Origin: Schmidtea nova
Taxonomy: Eukaryota
Direction of reading: 5' to 3'
DNA: 64,000 nucleotides
NCBI GenBank assembly: GCA_044892505.1
Contig: CM097882.1
Span: 251,844,001-251,908,000, forward strand
The translations under genes and the position numbers were made by a program. The notes under the pieces are model-generated. The model had not been told where the DNA came from, made no database searches, and saw only the letters and a list, made by a program, of their open reading frames with translations. This document shows, one piece after another, positions 28,201-40,200 of the stretch. How positions within the stretch are numbered: the stretch's first letter is position 1; each line of letters opens with the position of its first letter.

Positions 28201-31200
28201 TTCGTCAACTGTATTGTCAACATCTTCAGCAACATCAACGACTGGAACAAGAAGCAGTGAAAGTTCTACAGTAAAACCTATCGAAAGCTCAACAAGCATT
28301 TCATCTAGTGAAAAAACAAGTGTGACAAGTTCAGAATCACCGACGACATCAAGCAGACAAACCTCGAGCTCAATAGGAAGCACTAGTCCTTCAATTGAAA
28401 CGTCATCAACGCCCGTAACAGTCACATCAATCAAGTCAAGTAGCCAACCAGAATTGTCTTCGAAATCACCAGAGAAAACGAGTGAGAAATCATCAAGTCT
28501 GAGTAGCGTCGAAAGTTCGTCAACTGTATCGTCAACATCTTCAGCAACATCAACGACTGGAACAAGAAGCAGTGAAAGTTCTACAGTAAAACCTATCGAA
28601 AGCTCAACAAGCATTTCATCTAGTGAGAAAACAAGTGTGACAAGTTCAGAACAACCGACGACATCAAGCAGACAAACGTCGAGCTCAATAGGAAGCACTA
28701 GTCCTTCAATTGAAACGTCATCAACGCCCGTAACAGTCACATCAATCAAGTCAAGTAGCCAACCAGAATTGTCTTCGAAATCACCAGAGAAAAGGAGTGA
28801 GAAATCATCAAGTCTGAGTAGTGTCGAAAGTTCGTCAACTGTATCGTCAACATCTTCAGCAACATCAACGACTGGAACAAGAAGCAATGAAAGTTCTACA
28901 GTAAAACCTATCGAAAGCTCAACAAGCATTTCATCTAGTGAGAAAACAAGTGTGACAAGTTCAGAACAACCGACGACATCAAGCAGACAAACGTCGAGCT
29001 CAATAGGAAGCACTAGTCCTTCAATTGAAACGTCATCAACGCCCGTAACAGTCACATCAATCAAGTCAAGTAGCCAACCAGAATTGTCTTCGAAATCACC
29101 AGAGAAAACGAGTGAGAAATCATCAAGTCTGAGTAGCGTCGAAAGTTCGTCAACTGTATCGTCAACATCTTCAGCAACATCAACGACTGGAACAAGAAGC
29201 AGTGAAAGTTCTACAGTAAAACCTATCGAAAGCTCAACAAGCATTTCATCTAGTGAGAAAACAAGTGTGACAAGTTCAGAACAACCGACGACATCAAGCA
29301 GACAAACGTCGAGCTCAATAGGAAGCACTAGTCCTTCAATTGAAACGTCATCAACGCCCGTAACAGTCACATCAATCAAGTCAAGTAGCCAACCAGAATT
29401 GTCTTCGAAATCACCAGAGAAAACGAGTGAGAAATCATCAAGTCTGAGTAGCGTCGAAAGTTCGTCAACTGTATCGTCAACATCTTCAGCAACATCAACG
29501 ACTGGAACAAGAAGCAGTGAAAGTTCTACAGTAAAACCTATCGAAAGCTCAACAAGCATTTCATCTAGTGAGAAAACAAGTGTGACAAGTTCAGAATCAC
29601 CGACGACATCAAGCAGACAAACGTCGAGCTCAATAGGAAGCACTAGTCCTTCAATTGAAACGTCATCAACGCCCGTAACAGTCACATCAATCAAGTCAAG
29701 TAGCCAACCAGAATTGTCTTCGAAATCACCAGAGAAAACGAGTGAGAAATCATCAAGTCTGAGTAGCGTCGAAAGTTCGTCATCTGTATCGTCAACATCT
29801 TCAGCAACATCAACGACTGGAACAAGAAGCAGTGAAAGTTCTACAGTAAAACCTATTGAAAGCTCAACAAGCATTTCATCTAGTGAGAAAACAAGTGTGA
29901 CAAGTTCAGAACAACCGACGACATCAAGCAGACAAACCTCGAGCTCAATACGAAGCACTAGTCCTTCAATTGAAACGTCATCAACGCCCGTAACAGTCAC
30001 ATCAATCAAGTCAAGTAGCCAACCAGAATTGTCTTCGAAATCACCAGAGAAAACGAGTGAGAAATCATCAAGTCTGAGTAGCGTCGAAAGTTCGTCAACT
30101 GTATTGTCAACATCTTCAGCAACATCAACGACTGGAACAAGAAGCATTGAAAGTTCTACAGTAAAACCTATCGAAAGCTCAACAAGCATTTCATCTAGTG
30201 AGAAAACAAGTGTGACAAGTTCAGAACAACCGACGACATCAAGCAGACAAACGTCGAGCTCAATAGGAAGCACTAGTCCTTCAATTGAAACGTCATCAAC
30301 GCCCGTAACAGTCACATCAATCAAGTCAAGTAGCCAACCAGAATTGTCTTCGAAATCACCAGAGAAAACGAGTGAGAAATCATCAAGTCTAAGTAGCGTC
30401 GAAAGTTCGTCAACTGTATTGTCAACATCTTCAGCAACATCAACGACTGGAACAAGAAGCAGTGAAAGTTCTACAGTAAAACCTATCGAAAGCTCAACAA
30501 GCATTTCATCTAGTGAAAAAACAAGTGTGACAAGTTCAGAATCACCGACGACATCAAGCAGACAAACCTCGAGCTCAATAGGAAGCACTAGTCCTTCAAT
30601 TGAAACGTCATCAACGCCCGTAACAGTCACATCAATCAAGTCAAGTAGCCAACCAGAATTGTCTTCGAAATCACCAGAGAAAACGAGTGAGAAATCATCA
30701 AGTCTGAGTAGCGTCGAAAGTTCGTCAACTGTATCGTCAACATCTTCAGCAACATCAACGACTGGAACAAGAAGCAGTGAAAGTTCTACAGTAAAACCTA
30801 TCGAAAGCTCAACAAGCATTTCATCTAGTGAGAAAACAAGTGTGACAAGTTCAGAACAACCGACGACATCAAGCAGACAAACGTCGAGCTCAATAGGAAG
30901 CACTAGTCCTTCAATTGAAACGTCATCAACGCCCGTAACAGTCACATCAATCAAGTCAAGTAGCCAACCAGAATTGTCTTCGAAATCACCAGAGAAAAGG
31001 AGTGAGAAATCATCAAGTCTGAGTAGTGTCGAAAGTTCGTCAACTGTATCGTCAACATCTTCAGCAACATCAACGACTGGAACAAGAAGCAATGAAAGTT
31101 CTACAGTAAAACCTATCGAAAGCTCAACAAGCATTTCATCTAGTGAGAAAACAAGTGTGACAAGTTCAGAACAACCGACGACATCAAGCAGACAAACGTC

Positions 31201-34200
31201 GAGCTCAATAGGAAGCACTAGTCCTTCAATTGAAACGTCATCAACGCCCGTAACAGTCACATCAATCAAGTCAAGTAGCCAACCAGAATTGTCTTCGAAA
31301 TCACCAGAGAAAACGAGTGAGAAATCATCAAGTCTGAGTAGCGTCGAAAGTTCGTCAACTGTATCGTCAACATCTTCAGCAACATCAACGACTGGAACAA
31401 GAAGCAGTGAAAGTTCTACAGTAAAACCTATCGAAAGCTCAACAAGCATTTCATCTAGTGAGAAAACAAGTGTGACAAGTTCAGAACAACCGACGACATC
31501 AAGCAGACAAACGTCGAGCTCAATAGGAAGCACTAGTCCTTCAATTGAAACGTCATCAACGCCCGTAACAGTCACATCAATCAAGTCAAGTAGCCAACCA
31601 GAATTGTCTTCGAAATCACCAGAGAAAACGAGTGAGAAATCATCAAGTCTGAGTAGCGTCGAAAGTTCGTCAACTGTATCGTCAACATCTTCAGCAACAT
31701 CAACGACTGGAACAAGAAGCAGTGAAAGTTCTACAGTAAAACCTATCGAAAGCTCAACAAGCATTTCATCTAGTGAGAAAACAAGTGTGACAAGTTCAGA
31801 ATCACCGACGACATCAAGCAGACAAACGTCGAGCTCAATAGGAAGCACTAGTCCTTCAATTGAAACGTCATCAACGCCCGTAACAGTCACATCAATCAAG
31901 TCAAGTAGCCAACCAGAATTGTCTTCGAAATCACCAGAGAAAACGAGTGAGAAATCATCAAGTCTGAGTAGCGTCGAAAGTTCGTCAACTGTATCGTCAA
32001 CATCTTCAGCAACATCAACGACTGGAACAAGAAGCAGTGAAAGTTCTACAGTAAAACCTATCGAAAGCTCAACAAGCATTTCATCTAGTGAGAAAACAAG
32101 TGTGACAAGTTCAGAACAACCGACGACATCAAGCAGACAAACGTCGAGCTCAATAGGAAGCACTAGTCCTTCAATTGAAACGTCATCAACGCCCGTAACA
32201 GTCACATCAATCAAGTCAAGTAGCCAACCAGAATTGTCTTCGAAATCACCAGAGAAAACGAGTGAGAAATCATCAAGTCTGAGTAGCGTCGAAAGTTCGT
32301 CAACTGTATCGTCAACATCTTCAGCAACATCAACGACTGGAACAAGAAGCAGTGAAAGTTCTACAGTAAAACCTATCGAAAGCTCAACAAGCATTTCATC
32401 TAGTGAGAAAACAAGTGTGACAAGTTCAGAACAACCGACGACATCAAGCAGACAAACCTCGAGCTCAATACGAAGCACTAGTCCTTCAATTGAAACGTCA
32501 TCAACGCCCGTAACAGTCACATCAATCAAGTCAAGTAGCCAACCAGAATTGTCTTCGAAATCACCAGAGAAAACGAGTGAGAAATCATCAAGTCTGAGTA
32601 GCGTCGAAAGTTCGTCAACTGTATCGTCAACATCTTCAGCAACATCAACGACTGGAACAAGAAGCAGTGAAAGTTCTACAGTAAAACCTATCGAAAGCTC
32701 AACAAGCATTTCATCTAGTGAGAAAACAAGTGTGACAAGTTCAGAACAACCGACGACATCAAGCAGACAAACCTCGAGCTCAATACGAAGCACTAGTCCT
32801 TCAATTGAAACGTCATCAACGCCCGTAACAGTCACATCAATCAAGTCAAGTAGCCAACCAGAATTGTCTTCGAAATCACCAGAGAAAACGAGTGAGAAAT
32901 CATCAAGTCTGAGTAGCGTCGAAAGTTCGTCAACTGTATTGTCAACATCTTCAGCAACATCAACGACTGGAACAAGAAGCATTGAAAGTTCTACAGTAAA
33001 ACCTATCGAAAGCTCAACAAGCATTTCATCTAGTGAGAAAACAAGTGTGACAAGTTCAGAACAACCGACGACATCAAGCAGACAAACGTCGAGCTCAATA
33101 GGAAGCACTAGTCCTTCAATTGAAACGTCATCAACGCCCGTAACAGTCACATCAATCAAGTCAAGTAGCCAACCAGAATTGTCTTCGAAATCACCAGAGA
33201 AAACGAGTGAGAAATCATCAAGTCTGAGTAGCGTCGAAAGTTCGTCAACTGTATCGTCAACATCTTCAGCAACATCAACGACTGGAACAAGAAGCAGTGA
33301 AAGTTCTACAGCAAAACCTATCGAAAGCTCAACAAGCATTTCATCTAGTGAGAAAACAAGTGTGACAAGTTCAGAATCACCGACGACATCAAGCAGACAA
33401 ACCTCGAGCTCAATAGGAAGCACTAGTCCTTCAATTGAAACGTCATCAACGCCTGTAACAGTCACATCAATCAAGTCAAGTAGCCAACCAGAATTGTCTT
33501 CGAAATCACCAGAGAAAACGAGTGAGAAATCATCAAGTCTGAGTAGCGTCGAAAGTTCGTCAACTGTATCGTCAACATCTTCAGCAACATCAACGACTGG
33601 AACAAGAAGCAGTGAAAGTTCTACAGTAAAACCTATCGAAAGCTCAACAAGCATTTCATCTAGTGAGAAAACAAGTGTGACAAGTTCAGAACAACCGACG
33701 ACATCAAGCAGACAAACGTCGAGCTCAATAGGAAGCACTAGTCCTTCAATTGAAACGTCATCAACGCCCGTAACAGTCACATCAATCAAGTCAAGTAGCC
33801 AACCAGAATTGTCTTCGAAATCACCAGAGAAAACGAGTGAGAAATCATCAAGTCTGAGTAGCGTCGAAAGTTCGTCAACTGTATCGTCAACATCTTCAGC
33901 AACATCAACGACTGGAACAAGAAGCAGTGAAAGTTCTACAGTAAAACCTATCGAAAGCTCAACAAGCATTTCATCTAGTGAGAAAACAAGTGTGACAAGT
34001 TCAGAACAACCGACGACATCAAGCAGACAAACCTCGAGCTCAATAGGAAGCACTAGTCCTTCAATTGAAACGTCATCAACGCCCGTAACAGTCACATCAA
34101 TCAAGTCAAGTAGCCAACCAGAATTGTCTTCGAAATCACCAGAGAAAACGAGTGAGAAATCATCAAGTCTGAGTAGCGTCGAAAGTTCGTCAACTGTATC

Positions 34201-37200
34201 GTCAACATCTTCAGCAACATCAACGACTGGAACAAGAAGCAGTGAAAGTTCTACAGTAAAACCTATCGAAAGCTCAACAAGCATTTCATCTAGTGAGAAA
34301 ACAAGTGTGACAAGTTCAGAACAACCGACGACATCAAGCAGACAAACCTCGAGCTCAATAGGAAGCACTAGTCCTTCAATTGAAACGTCATCAACGCCCG
34401 TAACAGTCACATCAATCAAGTCAAGTAGCCAACCAGAATTGTCTTCGAAATCACCAGAGAAAACGAGTGAGAAATCATCAAGTCTGAGTAGCGTCGAAAG
34501 TTCGTCAACTGTATCGTCAACATCTTCAGCAACATCAACGACTGGAACAAGAAGCAGTGAAAGTTCTACAGTAAAACCTATCGAAAGCTCAACAAGCATT
34601 TCATCTAGTGAGAAAACAAGTGTGACAAGTTCAGAATCACCGACGACATCAAGCAGACAAACCTCGAGCTCAATAGGAAGCACTAGTCCTTCAATTGAAA
34701 CGTCATCAACGCCCGTAACAGTCACATCAATCAAGTCAAGTAGCCAACCAGAATTGTCTTCGAAATCACCAGAGAAAACGAGTGAGAAATCATCAAGTCT
34801 GAGTAGCGTCGAAAGTTCGTCAACTGTATCGTCAACATCTTCAGCAACATCAACGACTGGAACAAGAAGCAGTGAAAGTTCTACAGTAAAACCTATCGAA
34901 AGCTCAACAAGCATTTCATCTAGTGAGAAAACAAGTGTGACAAGTTCAGAACAACCGACGACATCAAGCAGACAAACGTCGAGCTCAATAGGAAGCACTA
35001 GTCCTTCAATTGAAACGTCATCAACGCCCGTAACAGTCACATCAATCAAGTCAAGTAGCCAACCAGAATTGTCTTCGAAATCACCAGAGAAAACGAGTGA
35101 GAAATCATCAAGTCTGAGTAGCGTCGAAAGTTCGTCAACTGTATCGTCAACATCTTCAGCAACATCAACGACTGGAACAAGAAGCAGTGAAAGTTCTACA
35201 GTAAAACCTATCGAAAGCTCAACAAGCATTTCATCTAGTGAGAAAACAAGTGTGACAAGTTCAGAATCACCGACGACATCAAGCAGACAAACCTCGAGCT
35301 CAATACGAAGCACTAGTCCTTCAATTGAAACGTCATCAACGCCCGTAACAGTCACATCAATCAAGTCAAGTAGCCAACCAGAATTGTCTTCGAAATCACC
35401 AGAGAAAACGAGTGAGAAATCATCAAGTCTGAGTAGCGTCGAAAGTTCGTCAACTGTATCGTCAACATCTTCAGCAACATCAACGACTGGAACAAGAAGC
35501 AGTGAAAGTTCTACAGTAAAACCTATCGAAAGCTCAACAAGCATTTCATCTAGTGAGAAAACAAGTGTGACAAGTTCAGAATCACCGACGACATCAAGCA
35601 GACAAACCTCGAGCTCAATAGGAAGCACTAGTCCTTCAATTGAAACGTCATCAACGCCCGTAACAGTCACATCAATCAAGTCAAGTAGCCAACCAGAATT
35701 GTCTTCGAAATCACCAGAGAAAACGAGTGAGAAATCATCAAGTCTGAGTAGCGTCGAAAGTTCGTCAACTTTTTCTCCTTCAAGAACCTTTGCATCGACT
35801 GGAATATATTTCATTATTGATTTTTCACAAACTTTTTCTTATACTTTATTTAATATCAGCTCTCCAGAATACAAATCTTTATCTAGTTATTTTACAAATT
35901 TCATCAAGGAAAGTCTCAATCATTTTGACTACCTCTCTGTTTTCACTTTTATTCTTTCTTTTCGGTAAGTTATTTTAATATTCTTCAAATATTTTTCAAA
36001 ATTATATGTTTTTATAAAAAACATTTATCTAAATTTTGCATCTTATATTTAACGATATTAGTTATTTTATATTGCTTGTACCCTAAAAACGTTATATACC
36101 CTCCACCTCGAAATTAAAATAGAAATAGATTGCATTATTAATTATTGTCATTTAATTTTTATCGCAGAACTAGAAATATCAAAGCTAATAAGCTACACAC
36201 ACTGACAGCGCTTGCACTTGCACTGCGATTATTTGATGAATCCATAAATTTTATAAAAATATATCTAAAATATATCTAAAATATATCTAAAATATAGGTA
36301 AAATAGGTAAAATATATCTAAGAGAAATCTTTAAAACTATTCTTTTTCAAATTTTTAGAATAGCTCTTGTTCCAGAATTCTAATTTTAAAAATAAATAAC
36401 TTCTATATTTATCCTAACTTCATAAATCTTTCAATATATTAAAGCGGTTTCTTTTCTTTTGTACCTGACTTTCTATTCGCACTGTACCATCGATGCATTA
36501 AACATTTTATATATACGTATCGATGCATTATTATTATCACAACCAATATCTAAATTACTTTAAAAATAAGAATATAAAATCATCTTATTTAGAAAAGGAT
36601 CGGTCGTTGCAGAATCCAATATAACGGTTTTATCGAGAAATTTCACACTTGTACAAGGGGAAACAATCAGAGAAATATTAAAAAGTAACAATTCAAACAT
36701 AGAGGTGTATCCAGCAACAGTAACCTATCCAACAAATTCAATAACCGTTGAAATAAAGATAACAACTGAAAATGAAAATAAAGAAACTAATAGTGCAACG
36801 AAACAAATAAGCTCAGAAATCAGAAGTACAGCTAGCACAGGAAAATCATCGGAAGTAACTTCGACCTTATCTCCATCAGGCAGATCAATTTCACAAACAT
36901 CTCCTACAATTGCCTCAGAAACCAAATCCTCTACTGGTTCAGTTCCGACTTCAAGTACTTCAGGAACGATTGAAACAAGTTCAAGTATGTCATCCACACC
37001 ATTGTCTACTGGCACGTCAGAAAGAAGCTCGACTATCAAATCATCAAGTGTATCAGAAATCAGTAGTACAGCTAGCACAGGAAAATCATCGGAAGTAACT
37101 TCGACCTTATCTCCATCAGGCACATCAATTTCACAAACATCTCCTACAATTGCCTCAGAAACCAAATCCTCTACTGGTTCAGTACCGACTTCAAGTACTT

Positions 37201-40200
37201 CAGGAACGATTGAAACAAGTTCAAGTATGTCATCCACACCATTGTCTACTGGCACGTCAGAAAGAAGCTCGACTATCAAATCATCAAGTGTATCAGAAAT
37301 CAGTAGTACAGCTAGCACAGGAAAATCATCGGAAGTAACTTCGACCTTATCTCCATCAGGCACATCAATTTCACAAACATCTCCTACAATTGCCTCAGAA
37401 ACCAAATCCTCTACTGGTTCAGTACCGACTTCAAGTACTTCAGGAACGATTGAAACAAGTTCAAGTATGTCATCCACACCATTGTCTACTGGCACGTCAG
37501 AAAGAAGCTCGACTATCAAATCATCAAGTGTATCAGAAATCAGTAGTACAGCTAGCACAGGAAAATCATCGGAAGTAACTTCGACCTTATCTCCATCAGG
37601 CACATCAATTTCACAAACATCTCCTACAATTGCCTCAGAAACCAAATCCTCTACTGGTTCAGTACCGACTTCAAGTACTTCAGGAACGATTGAAACAAGT
37701 TCAAGTATGTCATCCACACCATTGTCTACTGGCACGTCAGAAAGAAGCTCGACTATCAAATCATCAACTGTATCAGAAATCAGTAGTACAGCTATCACAG
37801 GAAAATCATCGGAAGTAACTTCGACCTTATCTCCATCAGGCACATCAATTTCACAAACATCTCCTACAATTGCCTCAGAAACCAAATCCTCTACTGGTTC
37901 AGTACCGACTTCAAGTACTTCAGGAACAATTGAAACAAGTTCAAGTATGTCATCCACACCATTGTCTACTGGCACGTCAGAAAGAAGCTCGACTATCAAA
38001 TCATCAAGTGTATCAGAAATCAGTAGTACAGCTAGCACAGGAAAATCATCGGAAGTAACTTCGACCTTATCTCCATCAGGCACATCAATTTCACAAACAT
38101 CTCCTACAATTGCCTCAGAAACCAAATCCTCTACTGGTTCAGTACCGACTTCAAGTACTTCAGGAACGATTGAAACAAGTTCAAGTATGTCATCCACACC
38201 ATTGTCTACTGTCTCGTCAGAAAGAAGCTCGACTATCAAATCATCAAGTGTATCAGAAATCAGTAGTACAGCTAGCACAGGAAAATCATCGGAAGTAACT
38301 TCGACCTTATCTCCATCAGGCACATCAATTTCACAAACATCTCCTACAATTGCCTCAGAAACCAAATCCTCTACTGGTTCAGTACCGACTTCAAGTACTT
38401 CAGGAACAATTGAAACAAGTTCAAGTATGTCATCCACACCATTGTCTACTGGCACGTCAGAAAGAAGCTCGACTATCAAATCATCAAGTGTATCAGAAAT
38501 CAGTAGTACAGCTAGCACAGGAAAATCATCGGAAGTAACTTCGACCTTATCTCCATCAGGCACATCAATTTCACAAACATCTCCTACAATTGCCTCAGAA
38601 ACCAAATCCTCTACTGGTTCAGTACCGACTTCAAGTACTTCAGGAACGATTGAAACAAGTTCAAGTATGTCATCCACACCATTGTCTACTGGCTCGTCAG
38701 AAAGAAGCTCGACTATCAAATCATCAAGTGTATCAGAAATCAGTAGTACAGCTAGCACAGGAAAATCATCGGAAGTAACTTCGACCTTATCTCCATCAGG
38801 CACATCAATTTCACAAACATCTCCTACAATTGCCTCAGAAACCAAATCCTCTACTGGTTCAGTACCGACTTCAAGTACTTCAGGAACGATTGAAACAAGT
38901 TCAAGTATGTCATCCACACCATTGTCTACTGGCACGTCAGAAAGAAGCTCGACTATCAAATCATCAAGTGTATCAGAAATCAGTAGTACAGCTAGCACAG
39001 GAAAATCATCGGAAGTAACTTCGACCTTATCTCCATCAGGCACATCAATTTCACAAACATCTCCTACAATTGCCTCAGAAACCAAATCCTCTACTGGTTC
39101 AGTACCGACTTCAAGTACTTCAGGAACGATTGAAACAAGTTCAAGTATGTCATCCACACCATTGTCTACTGGCTCGTCAGAAAGAAGCTCGACTATCAAA
39201 TCATCAAGTGTATCAGAAATCAGTAGTACAGCTAGCACAGGAAAATCATCGGAAGTAACTTCGACCTTATCTCCATCAGGCACATCAATTTCACAAACAT
39301 CTCCCACAATTGCCTCAGAAACCAAATCCTCTACTGGTTCAGTACCGACTTCAAGTACTTCAGGAACAATTGAAACAAGTTCAAGTATGTCATCCACACC
39401 ATTGTCTACTGGCACGTCAGAAAGAAGCTCGACTATCAAATCATCAAGTGTATCAGAAATCAGTAGTACAGCTAGCACAGGAAAATCATCGGAAGTAACT
39501 TCGACCTTATCTCCATCAGGCACATCAATTTCACAAACATCTCCTACAATTGCCTCAGAAACCAAATCCTCTACTGGTTCAGTACCGACTTCAAGTACTT
39601 CAGGAACGATTGAAACAAGTTCAAGTATGTCATCCACACCATTGTCTACTGGCACGTCAGAAAGAAGCTCGACTATCAAATCATCAAGTGTATCAGAAAT
39701 CAGTAGTACAGCTAGCACAGGAAAATCATCGGAAGTAACTTCGACCTTATCTCCATCAGGCACATCAATTTCACAAACATCTCCTACAATTGCCTCAGAA
39801 ACCAAATCCTCTACTGGTTCAGTACCGACTTCAAGTACTTCAGGAACGATTGAAACAAGTTCAAGTATGTCATCCACACCATTGTCTACTGGCACGTCAG
39901 AAAGAAGCTCGACTATCAAATCATCAAGTGTATCAGAAATCAGTAGTACAGCTATCACAGGAAAATCATCGGAAGTAACTTCGACCTTATCTCCATCAGG
40001 CACATCAATTTCACAAACATCTCCTACAATTGCCTCAGAAACCAAATCCTCTACTGGTTCAGTACCGACTTCAAGTACTTCAGGAACGATTGAAACAAGT
40101 TCAAGTATGTCATCCACACCATTGTCTACTGTCTCGTCAGAAAGAAGCTCGACTATCAAATCATCAAGTGTATCAGAAATCAGTAGTACAGCTAGCACAG

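Larger units (their letters stand above)
35804..36731 (+). other. SEA domain 2, split by an intron: IYFIIDFSQTFSYTLFNISSPEYKSLSSYFTNFIKESLNHFDYLSVFTFILSFR|KGSVVAESNITVLSRNFTLVQGETIREILKSNNSNIEVYPATVTYP
   Basis: By eye it matches the SEA pattern: a hydrophobic strand, F-s-x-x-L-x-n-x-sS-p-eY-x-x-L, a helix, ilsFR-x-GSVV, then a strand and helix. No HMM was run. Confidence 0.85.

Noticed and set aside
1288-35814. 11,508-aa minus-strand ORF (V/L/D/E-rich)
   Set aside because: Shadow frame. Its codons span sense positions 3-1-2, so a stop needs sense T/C+TA or T+CA. The repeat has no Tyr or His, and its Gln codons never follow T. The ORF closes within tens of nt of the array edge and has no unique domain.
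1364-35968. Track ORF taken as a complete single-exon gene ending in a hydrophobic TM/GPI-like tail
   Set aside because: The start is an internal TTG, the stop lies within the GTAAGT donor, and the hydrophobic tail is the N-half of a SEA domain that continues at 36593.
35790-35978. 62-aa + strand ORF (MHRLEYIS...)
   Set aside because: An alternative frame overlapping the SEA N-half and the splice donor, with no independent support.
36086-36110. tataccctccacc resembling the start of dipteran DINE-1/Helentron-like elements
   Set aside because: Only about 13 bp match from memory and the following sequence does not continue the element; insufficient evidence.
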